A DNA stretch of 64,000 nt from NCBI GenBank assembly GCA_050251055.1, contig JBFWNL010000009.1, forward strand, positions 1-64,000, in the 5' to 3' direction. Under the pieces are notes generated by a model. It saw only the letters and a list, made by a program, of their open reading frames with translations. It did no database searches and was not told where the DNA came from. Of this stretch, positions 51,123 through 63,632 are shown piece after piece. This DNA is from Bacteriovoracia bacterium. GTDB lineage: Bacteria; Bdellovibrionota; UBA1018; JBFWNL01. A program made the position numbers and the translations under genes. How positions within the stretch are numbered: position 1 is the stretch's first letter; every line of letters begins with the position of its first letter.

Positions 51123-51692
51123 ATGTTCGATTTCAGTTCTTGGCAAAAATTGGCGGAAGCACCCGCCACCTGGGTAATGGGCGGCTTATTGCTCACTCAA
51201 GGCCCCCACTTCATCGAAATCACGCAAAAAACAATCACCCGCTTCGAGCTGAGCGAGATCAGTAAGATGGTCACGCTCGACGAGGCGGTCGGAGAGTCTC
51301 CCCAACCTAGGAACTTCCGCGCTTACCTGCGCAATCATTTGCGCGTGCGAGACGCTAGCCGGACCGATCCATCCAAGGATGTCTGGGGAACCCCTTACCT
51401 CATGGTCGTCCGCCAGGAGGAAGAAGGCGTGACCACCCACGTAACCAGCGCAGGTCCCGATCAGCTCTTCGGCACGCAAGACGATCTCAAGGCCTGGATC
51501 CATCCCCCTGCGTTTTCAGCAGCGCGCGCGCGGACCCTGGCCGCCACCCAGTATAGTGGTTACAACGCATACATGCCCGCGTCGTGGACGGCCGCGCCGC
51601 CCGTGCCGAAGCTTCCGACGAAAGTCGCCTTGAAGCGACACCACGCAAAAAAGAAGCAGAAGTCGCTGGTCCGCCGAAGCACCCGGAGTTAA
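51123..51692 (+). CDS. protein with GspG-like C-terminal motif
   Basis: DVWGTPY...SAGPDQLFGTQDD; basic tail. Confidence 0.6.
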   Translation: MFDFSSWQKLAEAPATWVMGGLLLTQGPHFIEITQKTITRFELSEISKMVTLDEAVGESPQPRNFRAYLRNHLRVRDASRTDPSKDVWGTPYLMVVRQEEEGVTTHVTSAGPDQLFGTQDDLKAWIHPPAFSAARARTLAATQYSGYNAYMPASWTAAPPVPKLPTKVALKRHHAKKKQKSLVRRSTRS

Positions 51693-51703
51693 GCTTTCAT
51701 GAC

Positions 51704-52804
51704 ATGAAATCGGCGCTCTACCTCTCCCTGGCCGCCTTGCTCGCGGTAAACTCGGTCATGGCCGAAGAGAACGAGTTCATGCCGGACCTGGGGGTCGACG
51801 AGACCCCGGAGACTCCGGCGCCATCCCCCACCGCCGCCCCAGCCGGCGCACCGGCCGCCCCCACGCAAGAAACGGTTGAAGTAAAGTTCATCCGTCCGCT
51901 AGACGGGGACCGCTTTCTCTTCGAACTAATCGAGGACTTGGAAATTCACGCGGGAGAAAAGGCGACCCTGAAAGACGGGCCTGAATGGGTGGCCGAGATC
52001 AGAGTAATGAAGATTTCCCAGGAGGACTTCACGATGGAAGTCCAAGTGCTCAAGGAGCTTGAGCACTACGAACCGTTTGTTCCCGAGGATTTGTTCACGG
52101 CTTATTTTAGTGCGACCGTTTCGGCGCCCACCGCGCCCCCCGCGTCGCCGACGCCGTCCGTGAAAAAAACGCCGAAACGTCCGCCGCCGCCGCGCGTGCT
52201 CCGCACGAAGCGATCGATCCCGGTAGCGGATCCCGAGCTCATGCGCGACCCGCGCGAACGCCCCGAGCGCGCGGAACGCGGCTCACGCCTTTTCGCCAAC
52301 AGCAGTAACCGTACGCGCAACCGCTGGGGCGCGGACCTCACGGTGCTGGACCCGGTCGCGGCCCTGGCCGGCCTGCGCATCAACTACACCCCCTTCGACT
52401 TCATGCGGGTGGGCGCCGGGTACGGCATGATGCCCACGGGTGCGGTGACCGTGCATTCATTTTCGGCGGGCTTTCAGTTCCTGGTCCCCTCGTTTAGCGT
52501 TAGCCCATTTCTCGAGGCCGATTTCAACTATTCGATCGCGAGCTTTTCCGGCGCGGTGAACGCGACCGACACGAACGCGGTTTTATTTGGGCTAGGCGCC
52601 GCCACCCGTTCCGCCAACGCAAGCTACTTCACGTTCCCCTTCGGCGTGGACTGGCAGGCGGCCGGCGGATTCCACCTGCAAGCGGGGCTCTTGATCTCGT
52701 CTTTCAACACTTTGGGCACCCAGACCGATACGCGATTCTTCGGACGGCTGGGCTGGTACTGGGGCGGCGGTACCCGGGGCCGGCGCGGTATGTTTGATTT
52801 CTAG
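51704..52804 (+). CDS. secreted Pro-rich protein with probable C-terminal beta-barrel
   Basis: Signal peptide ending VMA; Pro/Ala linkers; strand pattern ending RLGWYW. Confidence 0.65.
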   Translation: MKSALYLSLAALLAVNSVMAEENEFMPDLGVDETPETPAPSPTAAPAGAPAAPTQETVEVKFIRPLDGDRFLFELIEDLEIHAGEKATLKDGPEWVAEIRVMKISQEDFTMEVQVLKELEHYEPFVPEDLFTAYFSATVSAPTAPPASPTPSVKKTPKRPPPPRVLRTKRSIPVADPELMRDPRERPERAERGSRLFANSSNRTRNRWGADLTVLDPVAALAGLRINYTPFDFMRVGAGYGMMPTGAVTVHSFSAGFQFLVPSFSVSPFLEADFNYSIASFSGAVNATDTNAVLFGLGAATRSANASYFTFPFGVDWQAAGGFHLQAGLLISSFNTLGTQTDTRFFGRLGWYWGGGTRGRRGMFDF

Positions 52805-54069
52805 GCGATCGCCAAACAGTTACGACCTTGACCCTTGGCCTGGTAAAGGGCTCGGTCAGCAGACGCAAGCACCTCGGAAGCCGAGACCTGAGTGCGCCTC
52901 TTTGCCGCCAGCCCGATGCTGATGGTGATCTTTACCTTGCGATGCACGCGGGATTTACCGCGGTCTTTCGCCGTGGTCTTGGCGCGCACCAGGGAAGACG
53001 AGCGGATACCAAACGGCCGCTCACTCATGCGCCGCCGTACGTCGTCAAGCTTTCTGGCAATCTCGGCGGATTTGGCTTCGGGAAAAAGAAGGCAGAATTC
53101 CTCGCCACCGAAACGATAGACGCGGATCTCGAGATGCTGACGCAGGAACGAAGCCACGAAGCGCAGCACGTTGTCCCCCTCTTCATGGCCGTAGGTGTCG
53201 TTGAATTCCTTAAAGCGGTCCACGTCGATCATCGCAATCGCGTAATTTCCGCCCTTTAACTTGGGCAACGCCTCGTTGAGGGCGCGGCGGTTCAAGACCT
53301 GGGTAAGATCGTCGTAGTAAATACGCTGCCAAAGAACCTTCGTCGCGCCATAAAGTAGGACCAGTCCCATAAAGTTGAACGGCAAAGCGATGTGCAGCGA
53401 CGCCGCGGGTGAATTCATCGAATCGAAGTGATTGAGTGCCCATCCGAGTGGCAACAGGCTCAGCGCTAATCCTTGCAGGAACGTGGCGGCGCTTCTTTCC
53501 TTCACGACCCGCACCAGCGACACGAACAGGATAACAGGAATAAGTACCACGAAATGCAAGAGCCAAACCCGGCTCAGCCAAGGTGCCACGTCCGAGGGAC
53601 GCCAATTTAAAAGCACATTGGCGTAAGGAAAGGCGCCCCGATAGAGGGCCACGGTACCCAGAGCCACCGCGCCTAAGCTCACGAGCATACCCACGCGCCG
53701 GAGCACGCCGCCCCTTTCTTGAAATAAAAAAAGCACGAACCATGACCCCACGGTCCACGTCCCGACGAACTCTGCCACGCGCGCGGGTGGGCCTAGGCGA
53801 TCTAGCCACTCCGGGGAAATTCCGAAGCTACGCGCAAGCAAGGCGTAACCCGTCGCCCAGACCAGAACCGCGAGCGTCATCCGCCACTGACCCATGCGTA
53901 AAGCCAACGCCGCGGTTAGTAAAAACCAAAAATAAGGAAGGTAAAACCAAAGACTATCGAGGCCAGGGTTGCCCATGAAAAATCCGGCCGCCGCTGGAAC
54001 GTATACCAGGGCGATGGGAAAGAGGCTGAGCAGCAGAAGTAGACCGGTCTCCCACCAGGATTTACGCAT
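52801..54069 (-). CDS. multi-TM GGDEF diguanylate cyclase
   Basis: DDLTQVLNRR, DVDRFK, RFGGEEF; no RxxD I-site. Confidence 0.9.
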   Translation of the reverse strand: MRKSWWETGLLLLLSLFPIALVYVPAAAGFFMGNPGLDSLWFYLPYFWFLLTAALALRMGQWRMTLAVLVWATGYALLARSFGISPEWLDRLGPPARVAEFVGTWTVGSWFVLFLFQERGGVLRRVGMLVSLGAVALGTVALYRGAFPYANVLLNWRPSDVAPWLSRVWLLHFVVLIPVILFVSLVRVVKERSAATFLQGLALSLLPLGWALNHFDSMNSPAASLHIALPFNFMGLVLLYGATKVLWQRIYYDDLTQVLNRRALNEALPKLKGGNYAIAMIDVDRFKEFNDTYGHEEGDNVLRFVASFLRQHLEIRVYRFGGEEFCLLFPEAKSAEIARKLDDVRRRMSERPFGIRSSSLVRAKTTAKDRGKSRVHRKVKITISIGLAAKRRTQVSASEVLASADRALYQAKGQGRNCLAIA

Positions 54070-54089
54070 CTTAATGATTATAGGGCGAG

Positions 54090-54731
54090 TTACTCAAGAA
54101 TCAACACCGCACGCACGGGTCCTGCGTCAAACCCTTTTAACTTGAGGGGAAAAGCACTGAGCACGTAATTGCGGTCGAAATCACGAACCCCGGAGAGGTC
54201 CAGCCCCTCCAATACGGACTGATCATTGCGAAAGAGTGCCTGATGACTCTCTAAGTGCTTCGAGTCGGCGGGGTCGATGGAAGGCGTGTCGATCCCCACC
54301 AGCACGACCCCTTTTTGATGAAGCTCGTCGACGAGTTCGGGAGAAAGCGAGTTGAAATCGGTTCGCCAATTCTGCGGATCGGGGAACGAGCCCGTTCGAA
54401 AGAGCACACGCGGGGCGCGGATCGGCGTTTTCACATCTTTCGGGAGAATACGAGCTCCGGGACCGCACTTCACCTCGACGACCTGGCAAGCCCCGTAATA
54501 GTAATGAAGCGAGCGTTGATCGATCCCCTGCCCGTTTGCATGGTAGTGAATCGGAGCGTCAGCGTGCGCACCGATGTGGCCCGTTGCTTTCAGCGTGGTC
54601 AAATGCAGGTGCGCGCCCCGGTGGATGTCGAGCAAGACCTCGCGCGAGAGCGGCGTATCGCCTGGAAACACCGCGGTCGCTTCCGAGACGAGCGGAGAAA
54701 TATCGATGAATTGCCAGTGCTCCCGTTTCAC
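54090..54731 (-). CDS. kynB: cyclase-family kynurenine formamidase-like protein
   Basis: VFPGDT, HIGAHADAPIH (HxGxHxDxPxH), GIDTPSID, LEGL, PVRAVL. Confidence 0.85.
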   Translation of the reverse strand: MKREHWQFIDISPLVSEATAVFPGDTPLSREVLLDIHRGAHLHLTTLKATGHIGAHADAPIHYHANGQGIDQRSLHYYYGACQVVEVKCGPGARILPKDVKTPIRAPRVLFRTGSFPDPQNWRTDFNSLSPELVDELHQKGVVLVGIDTPSIDPADSKHLESHQALFRNDQSVLEGLDLSGVRDFDRNYVLSAFPLKLKGFDAGPVRAVLILE

Positions 54732-54735
54732 CCGA

Positions 54736-57022
<2,287 letters not shown>

Positions 57023-58465
57023 TCAGAGCTTCACGCATATCGTTTTGAGTTCCGTATAAAAATCCAATGAGTGCTCGCCGCCCTCGCGGCCGACGCCCGA
57101 AGCCTTCACTCCGCCGAAGGGCACGCGCAGGTCGCGCAGCATCCACGTATTCACCCAGATCGTACCCGCGTGCACCGCGCGCGCGACGCGGTGAGCGCGC
57201 TTGAGATCCGACGTCCACACGCTGCCCGAAAGCCCATACTGGGTATTATTCGCGAGCGCGATGGCTTCTTCTTCCGTATCGAACGGAGTGATCGTCACGA
57301 CGGGACCGAAGATTTCTTCCTGCATGACGCGGCACTTGGCCGGCAAGCCAATGATAACCGTGGGATTGACGAAGTAACCTTTCGCGAGCGCGCCCGCGAA
57401 CTTCGGGGCCCCGCCCCCACAGATGATTTCGCCGCCCTCCTGGCGCGCGAGTTGGATATACGAAATAACCTTGTCCCGATGGGCGGCGCTCACCAGCGGT
57501 CCCACCATCGTCTTATCGTCGGCAGGGTCGCCTACGCGCAGCGCTTGCGCCTGCTTCACGAACTCGTCGAGGAAGTTTTTGTAGATCTTACGCTGTACGA
57601 AAATCCGGGAGTTACAGAGGCAGATCTCGCCTTGATTCTGGAAGCTCGAGCGAATCGTCGTCGGCACGCACTCCGCCAGGTTCGCGTCTTCAAAAATCAG
57701 CGCCGCGTTCTTACCGCCGAGCTCGAGACTCACCTTCTTCTGGCCCGGCGCCGCCGCCTGCGTGATCGCCGTACCCGTCGCGGTCCCGCCCGTAAACGAA
57801 ATCAAAGGTACGTCCGGATGCGTGGTGAGTGGCGTGCCCGCGCGCAAGCCCAGCCCGAAAACGATGTTCGCCACTCCGGGCGGCAGACCCGCTTCGTTAT
57901 ACACCTCCCCCATGAGAGAGGCCGTCAGCGGCGTAAGCTCCGAGGGTTTGCTCACGACGGTGTTTCCCACGGCAATCGCGGGCGCGACCTTCCAGCTGTA
58001 AAGCAAAAGCGGTAAATTCCACGGGGAGATCAGCGCTGCGACTCCCATCGGGTCCCGCACGGTATAGTTCAGCGCCGTACGGTCCATGTCCATCACGCGC
58101 TCCTCGTGATGCAGGATCGCGCCGGCGAAAAAACGGAAATTCGCCACCGCGCGCGGAACCTCGACCGTACGTGCGAGCCAAATCGGCTTACCCTGATCCA
58201 GGCTCTCCGCCCGGGCAAACTCCTCCAGCCTCCGTTCGATCCCGTCCGCGATGCGATTCATAATGAGCGCACGCTCCGCTGCCGGAGTTTCCGACCACGC
58301 CGGGAAGGCGACCTTCGCGGCGGCCACCGCCGCATGCACATCCGTGGAGTCGGAGTCGGGAATCTGCGCGTAAACCTCGCCCGTGGCTGGGTTAAAGCCG
58401 TCGAGGTAGCGGCCAGCCTTTGGTTCGACGTACTCGCCATTGATGAAATTCGCGAGCTTCTTCAC
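57023..58465 (-). CDS. 2-aminomuconate/2-hydroxymuconate semialdehyde dehydrogenase-like ALDH
   Basis: SPWNLPL, SLELGGKN, NQGEICLC, EEIFGP, RDLRVPFGG. Confidence 0.88.
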   Translation of the reverse strand: MKKLANFINGEYVEPKAGRYLDGFNPATGEVYAQIPDSDSTDVHAAVAAAKVAFPAWSETPAAERALIMNRIADGIERRLEEFARAESLDQGKPIWLARTVEVPRAVANFRFFAGAILHHEERVMDMDRTALNYTVRDPMGVAALISPWNLPLLLYSWKVAPAIAVGNTVVSKPSELTPLTASLMGEVYNEAGLPPGVANIVFGLGLRAGTPLTTHPDVPLISFTGGTATGTAITQAAAPGQKKVSLELGGKNAALIFEDANLAECVPTTIRSSFQNQGEICLCNSRIFVQRKIYKNFLDEFVKQAQALRVGDPADDKTMVGPLVSAAHRDKVISYIQLARQEGGEIICGGGAPKFAGALAKGYFVNPTVIIGLPAKCRVMQEEIFGPVVTITPFDTEEEAIALANNTQYGLSGSVWTSDLKRAHRVARAVHAGTIWVNTWMLRDLRVPFGGVKASGVGREGGEHSLDFYTELKTICVKL

Positions 58466-59592
58466 ATGCCTCCCACGGGAGTGCGCGCACCCGCCCCGAA
58501 AGTTCCGCCCATGAAATCGGCCGGATTAAATTCCCACTTGTCGCGATCCGGATCCCAGCTATCCCACGCCTGGATGGAGTGCATTCGATCGCGCAGATGC
58601 GGCGGGAGCGTTTCGGCCACGACGAACGGCTTCTGACGCTCAAGCGGATAAGGATTACGGAAGTTGAAACCCAGCACTCCGAGCGTCCAGCGCGCCAGGT
58701 ACCAGCTCGCGCGTGAATCCCAGCCGTGCGCGACCTTGATCACGATCCCTAGGCCCTTTGGGTAATCCGGATGAATCACGGCCAAGCCGAGCAAGCCATC
58801 TGCGCCTTCCTTTGCCAAAACCTTCCCGCCGCAGGACTTCAAGATCGTCGAATCCAGACGATTGAACCCGCCGATGAGGTCGGGATACTCCATCATGGAA
58901 TCCCAGATCCAGTCTTCTTCACGCGTAGTGGCTAAGTGGGCGTACAGGCGGGCGAGTTCGGTCACCGTCATCGAAGCGGTGGGTAGCCCGCAGCCATCTT
59001 TAGAAACGACCCGCGGTTCCCAGCGGGCGCCCAAAACCGTGCGTACGATGCGCAGATAATCCTGGAAAAATTCGTGGTGCGGCCAAACGTAGCCCACGCG
59101 CGACCACCCCTTCAGCTTACAGCCACGCAGAATCGCCGCGTGTTCGCCCGAGCACGGGTGATACCAGCGGCGCGGGCGGCGGCGCTGCTTGCCGAACTGC
59201 ATGAGCGGGAGCGCGAACGGGGTTTGCATCATCCCCAGCTCCCCTTCCGTCAAAATCGAGGTCACCGTGCGCGTGTGCTCCGTGTCGCCGTTATGGGAAG
59301 ACACCGAGATCGCCTTCTGCGGGCCGGTGAGCACCGGCGCAAGCTCCTGGGCGAAGACCTTCATCATGAAGGGTTTCATCATGGAGCGGCCGTAGCAAAG
59401 GACGTCGCCGCCATAGGAATAAATTACCTGATCGCCCGAAACCCACGAGATCGACCCGTGAATCGTGCACTCCGGCACGCCATTGCGGCGGTAATCGACG
59501 AGCGGCACCCAGCTGTTCGCGCCGATCGCATCGGAGTCCAAGATGGCTTGGGCGGAGTCGGAGGCCTTGCCGTTGCCCAGCTTCGTCATCAT
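58462..59592 (-). CDS. class 3 (Rhizobium-type) asparaginase-like hydrolase
   Basis: RSMMKP (SxxK), SHNG, PCSGEH (cf. NCSGKH), DGC, AKEGADG. Confidence 0.82.
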   Translation of the reverse strand: MMTKLGNGKASDSAQAILDSDAIGANSWVPLVDYRRNGVPECTIHGSISWVSGDQVIYSYGGDVLCYGRSMMKPFMMKVFAQELAPVLTGPQKAISVSSHNGDTEHTRTVTSILTEGELGMMQTPFALPLMQFGKQRRRPRRWYHPCSGEHAAILRGCKLKGWSRVGYVWPHHEFFQDYLRIVRTVLGARWEPRVVSKDGCGLPTASMTVTELARLYAHLATTREEDWIWDSMMEYPDLIGGFNRLDSTILKSCGGKVLAKEGADGLLGLAVIHPDYPKGLGIVIKVAHGWDSRASWYLARWTLGVLGFNFRNPYPLERQKPFVVAETLPPHLRDRMHSIQAWDSWDPDRDKWEFNPADFMGGTFGAGARTPVGGM

Positions 59593-60830
59593 TACGCCTG
59601 ACCCCGGACCGACACTTCGGCGGCAATCTGCTCCTGAAACACGCGCATCCGATGCAAAATCTGCGCGTTGTCGTGATTATTGAAATCGAACCAGAGCATG
59701 ACCCGATCACCGGGGTTGAAGCGCGCGCGCATTTGCTCGATGATCGTGCGCGGGTTGCCCGCCAAAGCATTGCCCACCGCGCTCTTCACGCGGGCCGGAT
59801 CGAGCGTGCCTTCCATCGCGCGCCAGTAGTTTTCGATCGCCCGTTGCGCTTCGTTCAAGGCGCGCGCATTCTGCTCGGCCTCCGAAACCCCCGGGTCGTC
59901 GTTGATGAACACCAGCACCGTGCGCGGCATGTGCGCGCGCGTCCACTTCCCGCCCGCGGGGTGAAAAGCGGCTTGCATGCGCTGATGCGTAGCTTCGATT
60001 TCGTGCGCCGGCGTAATCGAGAGGTTAAAAACCCCGCAAGGCAAAATGCGATTGGCTTGAATCTGCGTCTGCGCGTCGTGGGTGCCGAGCACCAGCTTCA
60101 GACGCTCCATTGGCGCCTCGCGCGGGATCACGCCCACCTTTTCAAACGTCCAGAACGGCGGGACGGGAATCTCTGCCATCGAAGCGCCCATACCCGACCC
60201 ATGCGCGGCCTGCACCTTCGCCCAATCTTCGTCGGCACGGAAATCCGCCCGGCGTAAAACTTTGGCCGTCACATCCTCGGAGCTGAAAACCTCACCTTTT
60301 AAAAAACGCAGGAAGATCTCGGTCGCTTCTTGAAAGAGCTTATTGCGCACCACCGGCCAGGCCGCGCGCTCCAAGGCCGAGCGTGGGAGAATGCCATAAG
60401 GCGCGTTCGAAAACGGGAAGCGCCCGGCCGCGAAGCCCAGATGCAGCTCGCGTTTTTCGGCGGGATCCAGCCCATGGTAAGTCATGAACGTTCGCACGGC
60501 CTCGGCGTGCGCGATCGGCCCGCCGTTACAAAGGATGTTGCGGATCGCGGAGCCGACGTGGATCCGCTTCGTGATGCCGAAAACTTTGTGCGCGAGTTGC
60601 AAAATATCGGTGTTGAGGCCGATCTCGCCCTTGAACTGGGGAATCACCGGCGCACGATTTTCTTTTTGTACTTCGCAAGAAAGGTGCGTTTCCGCGACCC
60701 AAGCGGTACCGTAACCCAACTCGTCGGCGAGGCGAACCTGGTCGAAGAAATTACGGAACATGACTGCTTCCGACGGCATGTATCCGTCAACGTCGGTCTG
60801 GCAGATAGAGAAGAAAACGTCGAATTGCAT
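59592..60830 (-). CDS. luciferase-like (LLM) flavin-dependent monooxygenase
   Basis: LADELGYGTAWVAETH, TKRIHVGSA, LGFAAG, GNPRTIIE, FQEQI LLM pattern. Confidence 0.85.
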   Translation of the reverse strand: MQFDVFFSICQTDVDGYMPSEAVMFRNFFDQVRLADELGYGTAWVAETHLSCEVQKENRAPVIPQFKGEIGLNTDILQLAHKVFGITKRIHVGSAIRNILCNGGPIAHAEAVRTFMTYHGLDPAEKRELHLGFAAGRFPFSNAPYGILPRSALERAAWPVVRNKLFQEATEIFLRFLKGEVFSSEDVTAKVLRRADFRADEDWAKVQAAHGSGMGASMAEIPVPPFWTFEKVGVIPREAPMERLKLVLGTHDAQTQIQANRILPCGVFNLSITPAHEIEATHQRMQAAFHPAGGKWTRAHMPRTVLVFINDDPGVSEAEQNARALNEAQRAIENYWRAMEGTLDPARVKSAVGNALAGNPRTIIEQMRARFNPGDRVMLWFDFNNHDNAQILHRMRVFQEQIAAEVSVRGQA

Positions 60831-60923
60831 GCGAATTCGACTAGTTATGTCACAAACCGGGTCGATGACAACCCCTTAATGCAGGGGCGCCCGCCTCGGG
60901 TATGTGCCGGGGTTTATTGGGCT

Positions 60924-62603
60924 TTACTTCAAAAGGCGTCCGCCCCGGAGCTCTTCCGCGTGCGCGCGCTCGATGCGTTCGACAAGCTCCCCCAAGTATT
61001 TGCGCTCTTGCCGACTCAACCCCTTGCCTCTGTCTTCGATCAGCGTGCGGAGCTGCTGTTCAAGAGCCTTCCACTGGCGCTGATCGGCGCTGATCTTGTG
61101 GGTTAAGTCACGATAGTGATGGGTGCGACTCGCGATCGAGCCGACCGCCGCTTCGATCTGCATCGTACAAATATCCAATGTCAGAAGATGGCCGGCTTTA
61201 TAAACTTTCTCTTTTAACGGCTCCGGCGCGTCTTCGATTATGGTTAGCTTGCTGATTTCAGCCTCGGTGCGTCCTTCCTTTTTCCATTCCGCGATTTTCG
61301 CGACCAGATCGTCCACGATACGAAGCGTGAGGTAAAGCGAATCCAAAACTTCCCGCAACTGCGCGCCAACCGCATCCAGCTCGTCGTGGCTCAGGAGACG
61401 CGTGAGGTCGGCGCAATACTTGGTTTCCAGGTTGGCGAGCGCCGAGGCGAGCGCGTCGAATTTCGCGCGCTCATCCGCCTCAAATCTCGGATGGGCCTGC
61501 ATCACCCGATTCAGCTCGTCAAAGTCAGCTCGGAACGATGCGAGCGGACCGCAGACCCGCACCGTGGCGGAGGGCCGAAGACGGTCCTCGATGAGGCTAC
61601 GTAGCCCCCCCGAAAAAAAATCCGGATTATCTAAGCTCTCGGGTGCATCGTCGGGGTCCACGAGCATGATGACCGCGGTAATGACGTAGAGATTGAAATC
61701 AGGCAGCCAGCTTTCATAAGCAAGCTGCACGTGCCGAAGCGCTTCGTGCACGAGCAAGCCGGCACGGCTACGCTCTCCCAATTGGTTCCAAATCGGGAGT
61801 GCGAAACGGGCGCCCACGCGCGTGTCATAAATCGCGGTGTTGGCAACCTGGGCCTCGGGCCAGCGCTGCTGAAGCTCCGTGAAAACCTCGCGATCAAACC
61901 ATGGCCAGGCTTGAGAGACCGAAGGTGCGGCCGCCAATACGGCACTCAAGGGCGCAGAAGCCGATCGCGTGCCCGGCAGAACTTCTACGGCATACGGCGT
62001 ATACAACCAATCCATCCCCTTGAGCGCGTCGGCGATCATTCCCATCAGCACGGGCGAGTGCTTACGCCACAGCTCGAGTCGCTCGCTGGCTCGTTTGTAC
62101 TCGGGCAACTCCGCGACATTCGGAATGCGATCATATCCCAAACGTTTTGCCATGAGCGAGCTCGCCAAGGGAGCGCCTGCTGGCTCTTGAAAGTCCGGAT
62201 CGTAGAGCGCGAAATCCATCAGCACGGGATGTGGCTGCAGAAGTACATTACCGCCGCCGCTGCTCCAACCGCCGCCACTCGTGCGACCTTTTTCTTGAAT
62301 GCCGGTACCGTCGGGCTTGGCTTCTACCACCGGCTTCACGGGAATGAGCTGAGGATCAATCTTCTTGGGCCAAAGTTTAGGTAAAAGTCGCGAACGCAGG
62401 TCCGTGCGAGCCGGCGCGGAGGAACCCGGGAGCTCGGGCAGAACTACGGTCGGTCCCCCCGAGGGGGACTTCGGCGAACCCGCAGGTTCCGGCGGATCGG
62501 CGCGCGCGGTCAGCAGCCCTAAGCCGAGAAAGCCGACAGAAAAAACAAATAACGGACGGGCCCAACGTCCGAAACGTTTCCAAAAATTCATATCGGGCGG
62601 CAT
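60924..62603 (-). CDS. secreted protein with GGGN motif and HExxH-like site
   Basis: Signal peptide ending ARA; GGGWSSGGGN; LLVHEALRH. Confidence 0.7.
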   Translation of the reverse strand: MPPDMNFWKRFGRWARPLFVFSVGFLGLGLLTARADPPEPAGSPKSPSGGPTVVLPELPGSSAPARTDLRSRLLPKLWPKKIDPQLIPVKPVVEAKPDGTGIQEKGRTSGGGWSSGGGNVLLQPHPVLMDFALYDPDFQEPAGAPLASSLMAKRLGYDRIPNVAELPEYKRASERLELWRKHSPVLMGMIADALKGMDWLYTPYAVEVLPGTRSASAPLSAVLAAAPSVSQAWPWFDREVFTELQQRWPEAQVANTAIYDTRVGARFALPIWNQLGERSRAGLLVHEALRHVQLAYESWLPDFNLYVITAVIMLVDPDDAPESLDNPDFFSGGLRSLIEDRLRPSATVRVCGPLASFRADFDELNRVMQAHPRFEADERAKFDALASALANLETKYCADLTRLLSHDELDAVGAQLREVLDSLYLTLRIVDDLVAKIAEWKKEGRTEAEISKLTIIEDAPEPLKEKVYKAGHLLTLDICTMQIEAAVGSIASRTHHYRDLTHKISADQRQWKALEQQLRTLIEDRGKGLSRQERKYLGELVERIERAHAEELRGGRLLK

Positions 62604-62680
62604 CTTCTATTATTTGATCTAATTAGTCAACCGATAGTGATCAACTCAAATTATCAATATAATGATATAAATTCAATGAG

Positions 62681-63502
62681 TTAAACCCACTTAAAGAGAT
62701 CGAAATTGAGCTGAAAGGTGTGCTCGGGCTCGGTTCCCTTCACCTTCCGCTCTGTAGCCTTTAAGAACTCCAGGAAGGCGGCATGCACCTGATTGCGGGT
62801 TTTCATGTCGGAAGAAAACACGACGGAGAAACTATAACTTTGTTCGTCGGTCTCGACTGCTTGTAGGCGCTGGAGACTGAGCAGCCGCAGCTGATTCCTC
62901 CACGCCGGATAGACGGGCGACTCTTTCACTAAATGGATTTCCTTCTGGATCGCTCGCCAGCTCGCGCCCTTCTTTTCCGCAAGCCCCATCTTCTCTAACT
63001 TCATGACCGTGGCGCGCACGCGGGCCAATGGACGCTCCAGATCCGTGGCTAACTTCACTAGGTCGTCTTGATAACGCTTAATCGTCAGGCAGATATGGAT
63101 GATCTGATGAAGCGGATCCAGGTAATATTCGCCGAGCGCGTCCGTCGCCAAACGAACGGGGGTCGCTTCCAGATGCTCATGGCTTTCACGATGTTGAGCT
63201 TGAATTGCCTGAATGCGGACACGCAACTGATCACGCCGGACTTTCAGCCCCGTCCGGGCGAACTCGAGCAGGAGCGAGAAATACTCGCGCTCATTCTCAT
63301 CCAGTTCCATGAAATCTGCGGCTAGGTAGAGCTGATCGGAGTTGAGCTCGGCCTTTCCTTTGATCACGCGCGATAGATAGGTCTTCTGGATCCGGCAGGC
63401 GGCCGCGAGATTCTGGAACGAATACTTGCGATCGAGCGCCTTTCGCTCAATCACGAAAGCCTCGATCACTTCCCGATAGCTCACATAGCTAAAAATATTC
63501 AC
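62681..63502 (-). CDS. TIGR02147/DUF4423-type putative DNA-binding protein
   Basis: IFSYVSYRE, YLSRVIKGK..L, EREYF..LL, YQ/FQLNFDLF C-terminus. Confidence 0.8.
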   Translation of the reverse strand: MNIFSYVSYREVIEAFVIERKALDRKYSFQNLAAACRIQKTYLSRVIKGKAELNSDQLYLAADFMELDENEREYFSLLLEFARTGLKVRRDQLRVRIQAIQAQHRESHEHLEATPVRLATDALGEYYLDPLHQIIHICLTIKRYQDDLVKLATDLERPLARVRATVMKLEKMGLAEKKGASWRAIQKEIHLVKESPVYPAWRNQLRLLSLQRLQAVETDEQSYSFSVVFSSDMKTRNQVHAAFLEFLKATERKVKGTEPEHTFQLNFDLFKWV

Positions 63503-63632
63503 GTTTTTCCCAATATAAACTATTAGTTTACTTATTATAATTAATTATTTAATAATTAATACACCAATCAAACGCATTGCGTTAAGCCTCCTGACGGAAT
63601 CGATAAACACTGTCACTGAACTGGAGGCTTGA

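Noticed and set aside
57071-58015. 314-aa plus-strand ORF and similar ORFs opposite the catabolic operon
   Set aside because: Antisense shadows of well-supported minus-strand genes.
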